Shown: one piece after another, positions 1 through 18,179 of the stretch
Numbering within the stretch: position 1 is the first letter of the stretch
How the letters are laid out: each line of letters begins with the position of its first letter
Source of the DNA: the human T2T-CHM13v2.0 reference genome, Homo sapiens
Strand: one strand, 5' to 3'
Assembly: GCF_009914755.1 (NCBI RefSeq)
Contig: NC_060929.1
Length of the DNA: 64,000 nt
Made by a program: the position numbers and the translations under genes
The notes under the pieces: model-generated
Databases searched by the model: none
The model's input: the letters and a program-made list of their open reading frames with translations, nothing else
Told to the model about the DNA's origin: nothing

Positions 1-2210
1 TATTAAATATGATACTAGCTGTGGGTCTGTCACATACAGTTTTTATTATGTTGTGTACGTTCCTCTTATGTCCAGTTTTTTGATGGTTTCTTTTTTATCA
101 TGAAGGAATGTTGAACTTTATCTGATACTTTTTCAGCATCAATTGAAATGATCATATGGATTTTATTCTGTATTCTGTTGATACGATGTATCACATTGAT
201 TGACTTGCATATTTTGAATCTTCCTTGCATCTCAAGGATAAATCCCACTTGATCATGATGAATGATCTTTTTAATGTATTGTTAAATTTGGTTTGTTAGC
301 ATTTTGTTGAGGATTTTTACATGAATATTCATCAGAGATATTAGCCTGTACTTTTCTTTTTTTGATGTGTCTTTGTCTCATTTTGGTATTAGGGTAAAAA
401 TGACCTCATAGAATAAGTTTGGAAGTATTCCTTCCTCCTCTTTCTTTTCAGAAAAGTTTGACGAGGATTGGTGTTAGTTTTTCTTTAAATGTTTGGTAGA
501 ATTCAGCAGTGAAGTCATTGGGTCCTGGGATTTTCTTTACTGGGAGATATTTTATTACAGCTTTGATCTTGCTATTTGTTATTGGTCTGTTCAGGTTTTA
601 GATTTCTTCTTGGTTCAATTTTGGTAGGTTGTATGTATCTAGGAATTTGTCTATCTCTTCTAGATTTTCCAATTTATTGGCATATAATTGTTCATAATAG
701 CCACTAATGATCCTTTGAATTTTTGCAGATTCAGTTGTAATGTCTCTTTTTTCAATTTCTGGTTTTATTTGTTTGAATGCTCTCCCTTTTTTTCTTAGTC
801 TAGCTAAAGGTTTGCAATTTTGTTTAACTTTATAAAAAACCAACTTTTTGTTACATTGATCTTTTGTATTGTTTTCACCTTTATTTATTTCTGCTCAGAC
901 CTTTATTATTTCTTTTCTTCACTGGTTTTGGACTTGGTTTTCACTTGCTTTTCTAGTTCTTTAAGATACAGCATTAGATTGTTTATTTGAAGTTTTTCAT
1001 CTTTTTTGATGTAGGCATTTATAGCTATAAACGTCCCTCTTAGCACTGCTTTTGCTATATCCCATAGATATTGGTATGTTGTGTTTCCATTATCATTTGT
1101 TTCAAGAAATTTTTCAATTTCCTTCTTAATTTCTTCATTGCCCCACTGGTCACTCAGGAGCATATGTTAAATTTCTGTGTTTGTATAGTTTCAGAAATTC
1201 CTCTTGTTATTAATTTCTAGTTTTATTCCATTGTGATCAGAGAAGATGCTTGATATTATTTCAATTTTTAGCATGTTTTAAGGCTTGTTTTGTGACTTAA
1301 CATATGGTCTGTCCTTGAAAATAATTCATGTGCTGAGGAGAATAATGTGTATTCTGCAGCTCATGGATGAAAAGTTCTGTAACTATCTACTAGATCTATT
1401 TGGTCTATAATACAGATTAACTCTGATATTTCTTTGTTGATTATCTGTCTGGGAGATCTGTCCAATGCTGAAAGTGGGGTGTTGAAGTCTCCAGCTTTTA
1501 TTATACTGGGACCTATCTCTCTCTCTCTCTCTTTAGGTTTAACAATATTTCCTTTATATATCTGGGTGCTCCAGTGTTGGGTGCATATATATTTACAATT
1601 GTTATATCATCTTGTTGAATTGACCCCTTTTTCATGATATAGTGACCTTCTTTTTCTCTTCTTATAGTTTTTGTCTATAGTTGTTGATATAAGTACAGCT
1701 ACTCCTGTTCTTTTATGGTTTTCGTTGGCATGGAATATCTTTTACCATTCTTTAATTTTGAGTCTATGTGTATCTTTAAAGGTAAAGTGTGTTTCTTGTA
1801 GACAACAGATCATTGGCTATTGTCTATTGATTGTATAATTTAGTCCATTTACATTCAATTTTATTAATGATAAGTGAGGACTTACTCCTTCCATTTTGTT
1901 ATTTATTTTCTGTGTCTTTTTGTGTGTGTGTGGTCTTCTCTTCCTTCTTTCTTTCCTTTCTCTCTTCCTTTAGTAAAGGTGATTTTCTCTGGTGATATGA
2001 TTTAGTTTATTGCTTTTCCTTTTCTGGTATCCATTGTATATTGTTTTGTTTGAGGTTACCATGAGGCTAGCAAATACTATCTTATAAACGCTTATTTTAA
2101 CCTGATAACAATTTAACACTGCTTGGATAAACAAACAAGCAAAAAGAAAACTAACAAAAACTCTCCACTTTATTTTGTTGTTTTATTTATCATATAGTAC
2201 TTCCTATGTC

Positions 2211-2503
<293 letters not shown>

Positions 2504-2559
2504 TGTACTGCTTATGTCTTGAAAAGATGTTGTAGTTACTATTTTTATTGGTTCATCAT

Positions 2560-3603
2560 TTAGTCTTTCTACTTAGGATAAGAGTAGTTTACACACCACA
2601 GTTACAGTGTTATGATATTCTATGTACTTTCTATTACCAGTGAGTTTTATACATTCAAGTGATTACTTATTGGTCATTAATGTCCTTTTATTTCTGATTG
2701 AAGTAGTCCCCTTTAGCATTTCTTGCAGCACAGGTCTGGTGTTGATGAAATCCCCCAGAAATCCCTCAGCTTTTGTTTGTCTGGGAAAGTCTTTATTTCT
2801 CCTTCATGTTTGTAGGAAATTTTCTCCAGATAAGCTATTCTAGGGCAAAAGTTTTTTCCTTCAGCACTTTCAATATGTCATGCCACTCTCTCCTAGACTG
2901 AAAGGTTTCCTTGGAAAAGTCTGCTGCCAGACATACTGGAGCTCCATTGTATGTTATTTGTTTATTTTCTGTTACTGCTTTTCGGATCCTTTCTTCATCC
3001 TTGATCTTTGGGAGTATGATTATTAAATGCCTTGAAGCAATCTTCTTTGGCTTAAATCTGCTTGGTGTTCCATAACCTTCTTGTACTTGGATATTGTTAT
3101 CTTTCTCTAGGTTTGGAAAGTTATCTGATATTATCCCTCTGAATAAGCTTTCTACCCCTATCATCTCTTTCTCTACCTCCTCTTTAAGGCCAGTAACTCT
3201 TAGATATGCCCTTTTGAGGATATTTTCTAGATCCCGTAGGTGTGCTTCATAGTTTCTTATGCTTTTATCTTTGTCTCTTCTGTCTATTTTCAAATAACTT
3301 TTCTTCAAGCCCACTGATTCTTTCTTCTGCTTGATCAGTTCTGCTATTAAAGAACTCTGATGCATTCTTCAATATACCACTTGTACTTTTCACCTCCAGA
3401 ATTTCTGCTTGCTTATTTTCAATTGTTTCAATCTCTTAGTTAAATTTATCTGATAGAATTGTGAATTCTGTCTCTGTGTTAACTTGAATTTCTTTGAGTT
3501 TCCTCAACACAGCTATTTTGAATTCTCTGCTTGAAAGGTCGCATATCTCTATTTTTCCAGCATCGATCCCTCATGCCTTATTTAGTTCATTTGGTGAGGT
3601 CAT
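2560..3603 (-). pseudogene. Degenerate L1 ORF1
   Basis: Minus-strand ATG at 3603 reads MTSPNELNKA; ORF 2835-3365 is ORF1p RRM/CTD-like; interrupted by stops and frameshifts; end approximate. Confidence 0.75.
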
Positions 3604-6600
3604 GTTTTCCTGAATGGTGTTGATGCTAGTAGTTGCTCTTCGGTGTCTGAGCATTGAAGAGTTAGGTATTTATCGTAGTCTTCATTGCCTGGCCTTATTT
3701 GTAGCTGTCCTTCTTGGGAAGCCATTCCACATATTTGAAAGAACATGGGTGTTGTGATCTAAGCTGTGACCTAAGCTTTAAGGGGGCACCCCAAGCCCAT
3801 TAATGCTGTGGCTCTTGCAGAATGGTAGAAGTACCGCCTTGACAGTCTTGGACAAGATTTGGAAGAATTATCTGAATTACTAGGAAAAGTCTCTTGTTTT
3901 CCGTCCTTACTTTCTCTCAAACAGAGTCTTTCTCTCTGTTCTGAGCCACCTAAAGCTGGGCTGGCAAGACGCCCCTGTGGCTACAACCACTACGACTCCA
4001 CTGGGTCAGACCTGAAGCCAGCACAGCACTGTCTACCCAAAGCCTCCTGTAGCCATTCTCTGGCAACGGCCTATGTTTGTTCAAGGCCCTGGAGCTCTAC
4101 AAACTGCCAGTGTCAGAGCCAGCCAGGCTCGTGTCCTTCCCTTCAGGGTGGCAAGGTCCCCCAGATCCCAGATGGGTCCAGAGGTGCCATCTGGGAGTCA
4201 GGGACTAGATTCAAAAACCTTAGAAGTCTACCTGGTATTCTTTTATACTGTGGCTGAGCTGGCATTTAAACCCACAAGATGCAGTCCTTCCCACTCTTCT
4301 CTCCCCTTTCCAAAGGCAGAGGAGCATCACCCCCTAGTGACCACCACCCCCAGGCCAAGAGGAGTTCTGCCAGACTACCACTAATGTTACCAATGTTCCC
4401 TGAAGGCTCAAGGGCTCTTAAGTCAGCTTGTGATAAATGCTGCCTGGCCTGGGACTCACCCATCAGGGCAGTGTCCAGGAATGTCATCCAAGAGCCAAGT
4501 ACTGGAATTGGGGATCTCAAGACCCCACTTGGTGCTCTACCCCTCTGTGGCTGTGCTGGTACCTAAGGTGCAAGACAAAGTCCCCTTTACTTTTCCCTCT
4601 GCTTTTCTCAAGCAGCAGTTTTGCCTCATATGCACCACAGCTGGTAATGTACTGAGTCTTACCTGAAGCCAGCAAATTTCAGAGGCTCACCCAAGGCCCT
4701 TGACGTAGTGCCTGGGTATTGCTGCTGATTATTCAGGGCCCAAGGACTCCTCTGTTAGCAAGTGATAAATATTTCCAGGGCTGGGTCCTTTCAAAGCAAT
4801 GAGTTCCCTTCTGGCCTAGGGTGTGTCTAAAAATGTCAGATGGGAGCTAGGGCCTGGAACGGAGGCCTCACTACTCTGACTGGTGCCTTATCCTGCTGTG
4901 GCTGAGCTGGTATCCAAGATGCAAAACAAAGTCCTCCCCATTTATCCCTCTCCTCTCCTCAAGCAGAAGGAAGGGTCTCTTTTGAAGCCGTGAGCTGTGC
5001 AGCCTGGGGTTAGGGGAGGGGTGATGCCAGCACTCCCTTGGCTGCCCCAGCTGATGTCTCAGTATGTCACGTGCCCCCCAAGTGCACTGTCTCTGGACCT
5101 AGTTCAGCACTAGGTCTTGCCTAAGAGTTGCAGTCCTTATGGTCTAGACTGCCTTTCAAGTTTACTTAGAGACATGGAGTGTTGTAACCCTCAGTGGCAA
5201 GGTTTGAGGGAACTCAAATTTGGACCACTAAGCTCAGGAATTCCCCTCTGGCTAGGGCTGGTTTAAATGCTCCCTCCATGGGTGGGTGTCAGGTGAGTTT
5301 GGTCTGGTTTTTCTTTTTACTCTAATAGGACAGAACTGAGTTCAATGCCTCACAATTACTGTGTTCTCCCTCCCACAGCACCCAGAGATGCTCTCGACAA
5401 CACACGGCTGCTGGGGTGAAGGGGCAGTGAAGGATAGGGGTGGAGGAGGGGTGGCATTGGTGATTCAAGGCTGTTTTTGCTATCTTTTCAGTGCCTTTTT
5501 CAGCAATATGAAGTTAAAACCAGGTACTGTGAGTGCTCACTTTATTTTTGGTTATTATGAAGGTGTTTTTTTCTGTGTAGATAGTTGCTAAGTTGCTGTC
5601 CTTGTAGGGGTAGGGGGATGAAGGGTGGAGCCTTCTATATCACCATCTTGACTATGTCTCTCTTTTCTCACAATAATAACCTTCCTTATTGTACTGCTAA
5701 ATGTATCTCACAAACACCTTTGGACAATGTTTAGATATAGACTTTTTTTGTTTGTTTTTTGGTTTTTGCTGGATACAGAGAAAGTTAGAAAATAGACTCT
5801 TAGCTAGAAAGGACTAAGAGAGAAGACTGTTCTGAGAATTTAAAGATCAAAACGAAATAAATCATTAAATGTCTGCCTATTTTTAAGTTACACGATGAAA
5901 ACAAACTCATTTGACTCTTTCTGTCTCCTTTCTGGTTTGATACACAAGCACATGCTGTCTTAGAAAAAGGAATTGCCTAAATGAATAAAATAAACTTTAT
6001 TCTTACAGACTCTTAGAGCAAATCCAGTCAACTAAGAGACTCTATCATCATCATTAGAGCAAGAGTCAAAGGGACATTGACTTTTATAGGTAGAGTTTAT
6101 ACTGACCAATTCTCTGCTTTATTTTGTTTAACAGTTAATGTAGTGCTGTAAGAATTTAGAGATGAAATAAAATACTCATTCTTTATTTCTTATGTAAAGA
6201 TTCAGGGAATGAAAAAGAAAGCGCAAAATAAATATGGCATAGTTTCTACTCTTCAAGAGTTTAAAATATTTTTACTTATAAAGTGAATATAAGAAGAGTT
6301 TTGTTATTTTTTTAAGCCAAACCTACTGCATATGAACAACAAGTAAGTACAAATTAACAGTTTATCTAAACTTATGGTATAAGTGCTGGGATGACTTAGA
6401 GTAGTCATAACCAGTATCAAGTGGGGTTGAGGAGAAAATGTACTTAATGCAGTTTAATATAGAGCTCTCTCATAGAAGGGAACAGATCTGAAATTGCAAT
6501 GGGGAAGGACAAAACAAGCTAGTTGAGTGTAAGAAATAGCTAGAATATTAGGTGTGGGTGGGATTAAGGACTGCTTCATGATTAATAAAGATTCTCAAAC

Positions 6601-6789
6601 TCAGTGGAAGCAAAAAAAAAAAAAGAGAGAAAGAAAGAAAAAGAAATGCCTTTGGGGAATATATCAGAAGACTTCTACAGAATCAACATACTTCAAAATG
6701 AAACTGAACAAAAATGCCAAAACTTACATATTTTTCACCAACATAGAGAAATGGAGATTCTTTCTGAAAATATGACATTTTGGTTTTTT

Positions 6790-6923
6790 AAAGAAAGAAA
6801 GAAAGAGAGAAAGGGAAAGAAAGAGGAAGGAAGGAGGGAAGGAAGGAAGGAGGGAAGGAAAAAAGAAAGGAAGGAAGGAGGGAAGGTAAAAAGAAAGGAA
6901 GGAAGGAAGGAAAGAAGGAAAGA
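6790..6923 (+). repeat. Purine-rich (GAAA/GGAA)n compound microsatellite
   Basis: Direct reading. Confidence 0.9.
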
Positions 6924-7677
6924 ACATTTAACCCAATTAGGTCAAATATTTTGTTACAGAAATTTAGTTCAACTTCAGAGGATCTTTCTTCTTTCCTATT
7001 CACAGGAAAAATAAGTAATACAACCACAAGCAAATCTTAACATAGAATGTATTTTCTTCCTCATTGCCTTATGCCTAATTTAATCATGTGCAGATCATCT
7101 ATTTCACCTACAGAGCTGTGTACAAATTTGTTTTGACCTTTTTTTAATATATTTCAGAAATAATACACTATTTGGGATTTGTATTTGATTGGCTATATTT
7201 ACATTTTTTTTGAAAAACTACTTATTAAATGTGAAAAATATTCCCTCCTCCCATTGTAAGCTAAATTTAAAATTGTTCAGGTGGTGCTATCATCAGCACT
7301 TTACCTATCTTTATGCATATATGAAAATCATCACTTTGTGATTTTTACAAGCCTTATAATTTTTCCTAAAATACTGACTTCCTGCTGAGATGCTTCAAAT
7401 GTAGATATACCACATTTCTGTTTTCCTTTACCCATCTGCTAATTATAACGATCAAACTATAAGTTATATCTAAATAATTAGAAGCAAAGTCTGTACATTA
7501 AGAATGTAGAACCTGAAGAAGGAAGAAATGAGTAAGTGAATAAATGATGAATTGTTTTGTGTCTATGTGGATTTTTTTGTGTCTATGTGGACTTTTTTCT
7601 AAGTGAACTCTGAACAGCTATTTTTTATAACAGGGATGAGGGAGAAAACCAGGGCAGACTATCCATGTAGCAATAAT

Positions 7678-7915
7678 TGAAATAGCTAATATTTACTACA
7701 TTCCACCCTCTTTTCTAAATATTTTATACACATTCACATGCTTAATCCTCACAAGGACCAGAGGCAGATGCTATCGTTATTCCCATTGTGCAGATGAGTA
7801 AACTGAGGCATTTAGAGGTTAGGTAATTTATCCTAAGGTCATGGAACTTATAAGTGGTGGAGCTGGGATTCAAGTCTAAGGCATGAGACTCCAGAGGCCA
7901 AAATTGAAACCACCA
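7678..7915 (-). mobile_element. MIR SINE
   Basis: cagatgagtaaactgaggca...gggattcaagtc is the reverse complement of the MIR core. Confidence 0.85.
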
Positions 7916-8339
7916 CTCCAAAAATGAAATATACAAAGAAGGAAGCCTATTATTGAGTACTGATCATACAACCATCCAACGACATGCTACGTTCATCTGC
8001 ATTGGTGCAAAGCAGGTGTCTACACCAGCTAACTCACATTTCTTCTTAACTTTCTGTCAGCAACTAACAAACCCTAGCATTTAAATTTTACATTTTCTAA
8101 TTCATTGTTCTTCTCTTATATGGGAGACCCGCTTCAGTTTTTGAATTTGTTTCTTCTTGATGAATAGGTAAATCAAACTAACCAGCAAGGACTCATCTTT
8201 CAAGATTCTCTGGCAGTGACTCTGAATCCATATTAACATAACTCTTCGATACAGATCATCTCAACTAAGTATCATTTCCAGGAAGGTGTGCATCATGTTG
8301 GATGCTTTCACTGAGTCTGAAACTTACGAGTTGACATGT

Positions 8340-8600
8340 CAAAACCTTAATTATCTTTAAAGCTCTTGCTAGGGTGCAATCTCCTCAGTGAGCTCTTACC
8401 TTCCCTATCTTGCGTCCATCCCTTCTACGTGCTATTAGTACTGCATCGTCACTATGGATTTGCATTTTTTATATGCTGTTCTCACACTGGGTTCTCCAGT
8501 AAGTAAGTAAGATCTTTAAGAACAATCATGGTATTTTGGAAGGCCCTGGTCTGAGAAAAGTGCCTGACATATATTAGAAGCATCGTAAATGTTTATGAGG
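8340..8600 (+). mobile_element. L2 3' end fragment
   Basis: gtaagatctttaagaac...agtgcctgacatatattagaagcatcgtaaatgttt resembles the L2 3' terminus. Confidence 0.55.
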
Positions 8601-9821
8601 CTACAATGAAATGTGACTACTATGTCAGCGTTGTTGCAGGCTGGCAGCACTTTATCCAACTACCTGTACACCTCACTTTTTAGCTAGGGTACGATTTAAG
8701 TCATACACATTGAGAAAAAAATCCTGTCATATTTTCCCCAAATTGTCCACAAAGCTGTATTCTTCTAGTATATCTTGTCTCCATATACTCTTGTGACATT
8801 TTTAGTTTTACTTTACATTAAGTCACATTTTTAATCGATTTATTAAATTTAGGAAGAAGTCTACAAATTAAAAGCCATCACAAATATACAGTCACACATT
8901 TTATGTGGTGCACATTTTAAAAATATTATATTTTAGCAGTATACAAAACAGCATCTAATTTTATCAAAATAAGCTTGCTAGTCATTGTTATTCCCATTAA
9001 AAAGATAAATTATCTTTCCAAATGATTCTTAAAGATATATAAAATGCAACTTCAATTTTTAGCAGGATGGCTGATTAAGATAACTAGAAACTCTAAAAGT
9101 GTAAATAACTAAATGTAACATGTAACATGGTTAGCATATAACAAAATGGGCTGGTAACATATAACAAAACATTTTAAATGCATAGCTACGTTTTCAACAA
9201 AGAAAAGGAAACCTGTAGGTACCAGAAATAAGATGGAAACCAAAAACCAAAGGGTAAGCATGTGAGTGGAACCTGAGGCGATGTACTTTTCCTCCCGGTA
9301 TTTTCAAAACTCAGGTTGTATTTACAAGATGAGACAGAGGACATGCATGGCCTATGCAACCTATGCATGACAAAGAACGGGAACTGAGAGAATGGAGCAG
9401 AACAGGGGCCCTCAAAAGTCTACACATTTGATAGATGATTAAATTTTTAAATTGCCCAGCATCACAGGAAGATAGCAAGGAAGTTTGTCTGTCTCTGTCT
9501 AGGCTCTATGTTTTACACGTATATATCTCCAAAGAGAAATTTTAGTCCTTCGGCTATCCCAGGTTTGAGGTTAAAATGAATATACTGTTAATTTTAACAA
9601 TATACATCATATTATTCCTAAGACAGGGATTACCATTAAGTCACCTGGTAAATCTACTTCAAAGCTGTTTCTTAAAGACAGGCCACAAGTATTCTCTCAG
9701 ATAAAATGCAGGGAAAACCCTCAGTAAAATAAAGTAGCAATTAAAAAAGAAAACATGGAAATCGCAGAAATAAATTATCATGAATTAGGTTAAGCAAACA
9801 CTATAGAAAGATTAGAGTCTT

Positions 9822-10113
9822 GGCCCGGAGCGGTGGCTCACGCCTGTAATCCCAGCACTTTGGAGGGCTGAGGTGGGTGGATCACAAGGTCAAGAGATTG
9901 AGACCATACTGGCCAACATGGTGAAACCCCGTCTCTACTAAAAATACAAAAATTAGCTGGGCGTGGTGAGCACCTGTAGTCCCAGCTACTCAGGAGGCTG
10001 AGGCAGGAGAATCGCTTGAACCCAAGGGACGGAGGTTGTGGTGAACCGAGATCGTGCCATTGCACTCTGGCTGGCGACACAGCAAGACTCTGTCTAAAAA
10101 AAAAGGAAAAAAA
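9822..10113 (+). mobile_element. AluSc-like
   Basis: ggtcaagagattgagaccat diagnostic; perfect TSD aaagattagagtct at 9807-9820 and 10114-10127. Confidence 0.95.
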
Positions 10114-10845
10114 AAAGATTAGAGTCTCAAGAATGTGAGATATAGAAAGATAATTTAAAAGAGAATATAGAAAAATACATATCAGTGTACAACTTTTTTT
10201 TAATGCACAGAAGCATAAACATGGCTGCACTGACAGGTAATTTTCCTAAAGGGGTATGGGGAGGAAGAGATCAGACTAGACAGGAAAAGGAAGATCAAAG
10301 GTAAATAGGTAAATGAGGGTGAATGAGGTCGTGATCCATGTAAAGGAAACAGTTTGAAGAATAAGAATATTGTGAAAATAGCCTAATTTTGGTGCATATT
10401 ATAGAATCCTGAGAAATCAGGTTGAGCGGATAGAATGGGTCCATTTCAGTAGGGTAAGCCAGGCTGAAGTAAGCATCTTGGTTGGTTTCCAACATCCATC
10501 CCATTGCTTCTCTACTAAGTAGCTGTATGATTTGGGAATGCAATTCTATTCAAGGTGGGCTTGACTGGTCCACCCATCCCCTCCCCAAATCATGTCTGAC
10601 CTATAAGACTTTAAACTCACCCACAACTTATTGGCACCTTGTGCCAATGTAGGCTCTCTTGCTCTATTTCTCCCCACATTGTTTTCTGGAATTTATAGTA
10701 TCCAGTTGAACAACAAAAAAAGACAAGCACAAGTGAAGGGCTCAAAAATATTCCTGCTGCCTTAAAAGCAGTACATGTGTAGTAGCATAACGGATATTTA
10801 GAATTCTGATTGGTGTAATGCAGAGGGAGGAAGTAAAGATAGGAT

Positions 10846-11048
10846 GAGTAATGTGTTCATAAATGTTTAACAAAATGAGGGAGTCCTGATTTGTAGCCTC
10901 TGATGATCCTTTCGAAATGGGAGTAAACACTCTCACCCTGGCTGATTTCAAGATTTAAGTAGTTTAACAAGCAGCTTTCAAAATTCCTGATAATGTAGCT
11001 CTTGACTTGACAAACAATTATGAGCAGTCTGGCTCTCACGCACCACAG
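10846..11048 (+). mobile_element. MER63A-like hAT MITE relic
   Basis: taaatgtttaacaa...cctgatttgtagc...gctgatttcaag...aaaattcctga...gcaccacag matches my recollection of MER63. Confidence 0.6.
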
Positions 11049-11689
11049 CTCTCAACCCACCTTTAGAAGATAGCAAAGTGCCACTTCAGATGTTCTCTCA
11101 CCAATGGATTAACCATTGCATTTTTCCAACTGGTTGTATCAGCCTAGGGATGACAAATATTCTTCTCAGATTCTAGCAGTAGAGTTACTGTCATCCTAGG
11201 TGTTAATGGTAGTGTGAGCATTGTCTTTTTCTTATTTTAATAGAAAGTTGGGAAACAACAACAAAAAAAACAAACAGAAGCTATTTTAAGTTAGACTCCC
11301 AAACTATAAAATACTAATAATATTTATAAATTTATTCATTAATTCAATAAAAATGTATTAAGCACTTTCTAGGTACAGTTTAAGGTCGCAAGGGTAGAGC
11401 AGTGGGGAAAAAGTAAAATAATTAAAACCAACTAACCAAACAATTTCTTCTCTTCTGCCCCTCTCTGAGTTCTTCCCTAATTTGGTTTATAAAATATCTC
11501 ATTTCTTTCCTTTATGTAAATGAAATATATGGCAGTATATATACATATAATTCTGAATTTGAATTCATAAATGATGGAAGGAAATAAATCTGCTTGAAAA
11601 AAATATGACAGACCATAGATAAACATCCACAAATAGAATTAAAAAAAAAAAAAAACTTGCCTAGGTTTTTGCAAGTCACAGGAACAGCA

Positions 11690-12180
11690 ACCCATCTAGT
11701 AAATAAAATAATTGCAGCACTTTTTGTAATAGAAAAATATCTGAAAGATCCATCAATTGGAAAATTGATAAATAATTGTGCTGGATCCATATAATAAAAT
11801 GTTGCATAACAGAGAAGATGAATAAATCCAAACTATAGACACCAATATGGGTGAACCTTACAAATCTAAAGTTGAACAAAAACAAATGCCAAAAATGTAT
11901 AAAGCACAATGTTTTAAATATATAATTGTATAAACCTTTAATCTATGTATAAGTACACATGTGTGTGGATAATCAATCTTACATTCATGGCAATAATAAA
12001 AAATTTCATAAAAGTGGTAGCCTCAGAAGTTGAAGAAAGCATGATGCTATTAAAGAGTTGTAATCGGCTTTAGCTGTTTTCAGATTGATTTCTTTTTAAG
12101 CTGGATAATTAGCATACAGATTTTTATTATCTTACTTTTTCTTTTGGAACATATGAAGTGTTTTATACATATTTTATTTG
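11690..12180 (+). mobile_element. L1ME-type 3' fragment
   Basis: attgcagcactttttgtaatag...ccatcaattggaaaattgataaataattgtg...gggtgaaccttacaaa. Confidence 0.65.
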
Positions 12181-12205
12181 TCTTTTAAATTAATTTTTCA
12201 AATTA

Positions 12206-12500
<295 letters not shown>

Positions 12501-13958
12501 CTGATAACATATTTTAATAATAGATTTTAAATCTATTGACTAAATTTTTGTAGCTTCACAAGTATTTGTGTGGTTTGAACATTAGTAAACAGTGTATTAT
12601 CCTATGCATAAAAACCCTCATTAGTAATTCTTCCTTTCAAGTTTGGGAATTACTTGAATTAAATATGGAAGCTCCATATTTAATTACCAATGAGTCAGTA
12701 CTGTTATTAAGGATTTTCTACCCAATTTCATATTGTAACTTTCAGAGTAATTCATGTGCAAAAAAATCAGAATTAATAATTGAGAATTGGAGACAGGAGT
12801 AATCTCACCTAGGATATAAAGTATGGTGACACAAATACAGTCTCTCTTTGTTATCCATTATCTGCATTTTGTCCTAGGAAGACCTACCCAGTTTTTCATG
12901 ACCAAGATTTGTGATGTCATCTGAGTGTATACGCTGCTGTGTGTGTGCACAAGCACGTGTGTGCAAAGGTATGTGTATCCAGTGAAAAGTGCCTGGTATA
13001 ATTTTTAATTATAGAAATGAATCCAAAGCACAGAACATGAATTGTAATCAAATAGGATAATTTCTCTGAAACTAACTTGTATATTGATTAAAGACTCAAA
13101 GTTGTGGAGTTTTGATCTAGAAATCCCTGCTTTCCCAACCTTAGAATGAAATGTAAACACTGCTGGATGGAGGTAAACACTGCTGAGATAACTCTAAATT
13201 AGCCTATAGGGAATATTTTTGTCTCCCTTCATTGAAGTTTAAGGTCAGATCTAAGCAAAAATTTCCTTGCAATAAAATGGGCTTGGGGAGAACAAAAATG
13301 TAGTCAGCCATCGATTTTCCAAATTCTAGACCTCCTTTGGTCACTGACCAGTTTTGTAACCTTATTTCTCTAGTCTTACTTTCTCATATCTCATCTTTTC
13401 CCACTTGTATAAAATATCTGGCATTTTATGCACAATTATGCAATTCATGCTGATTATATTTACTTGCGGTAAATAGACCTGGAATGTTTAATAGAATTTG
13501 TTTCCCAAGGCAACCCATGACTTTACATGTGCCCCAGAATTTTCCTCTGAAATAATGAAAGTTTTCTAGCATTACAAAAACTGAAACAAGGTGTTTTTTT
13601 CTAGTTTATTCTTGATGGAAAAAAATAAAATAAAATTAGAATACTTGGGAACTGAAAGAACCAGGAAAGTACATGCAGATGTGCTTGCCCTAAAATGAAA
13701 ACAAATTTTCAGGACAAATGGAGAAGCAGCATATAAGGTTTTACTGATGCTCGAACTTTTCTTCTTTGCTAAGACTATGCAGTTTTTTTCTTAGAACCGT
13801 ATAACTAAAGGGGTTCTATCAAACACTAGCACAAGTGTACTTTAAGGAAACAAAACAATTATAAAACTCTACATGGAAAAGTGTTGATATGTCAAAAATT
13901 ATAAGTTAAGTAAGATTAGTTTACTTACAAATGCTGTAGCATTTAATACATTGTTTAA

Positions 13959-14283
13959 GGCCAAACCTGGTGGCTCATGCGTGTAATCCCAGCACTTCAG
14001 GAAGCCAAGGTGAAAGGACTGCTTGAGCTCAGGAGTTGGAGACCAGCCTGGGTCACACAGGGAAACCTTGGTCTCTACTAAAAATAATAATAATAATAAT
14101 TTAAAAATCAGCTGGGTGTCCTGGTACTTGCCTGTAGCTGCAGCTACTCAGGCGTCTGAGGCAGGATGATTGCTTGAACCCAGGATTTCGAGGCTCCAGT
14201 GAGCTATGATGACACCACTGCACTCCAGCCTGGGAAACTGAGTGAGACCCTGTCTCTAAAATGTAAATAAATAAAAATAAAAT
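13959..14283 (+). mobile_element. AluJ with (AAT)n-expanded middle A-tract
   Basis: ctgcttgagctcaggag, gtgagctatgat, gagaccctgtctc J-type features. Confidence 0.92.
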
Positions 14284-14374
14284 GTAGTTCACTTATGAGA
14301 ATTATATCTCCATTTAAACTCTATTAAATATTGGTTAAAGTGTTGAACAGCTATGATTTAAAACTTATGTTAGC

Positions 14375-18179
<3,805 letters not shown>

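Noticed and set aside
3859-4666. Cluster of overlapping 70-130 aa ORFs
   Set aside because: GC-richer L1 5'UTR; no recognisable protein
6554-7033. K/E/R-rich ORFs
   Set aside because: Same artefact from GAAA/GGAA repeats
7555-7596. 20-bp tandem duplication ttttgtgtctatgtgga (similar ones at ~20755 and ~24700)
   Set aside because: Common slippage duplications with no further structure
9060-9800. Possible very old L1 5' region
   Set aside because: Only vague similarity (aggatggctga start); family and boundaries cannot be supported
9838-10230. Alu-derived ORFs here and at 38643, 56174, 56420 and 58331
   Set aside because: Standard Alu translation artefacts
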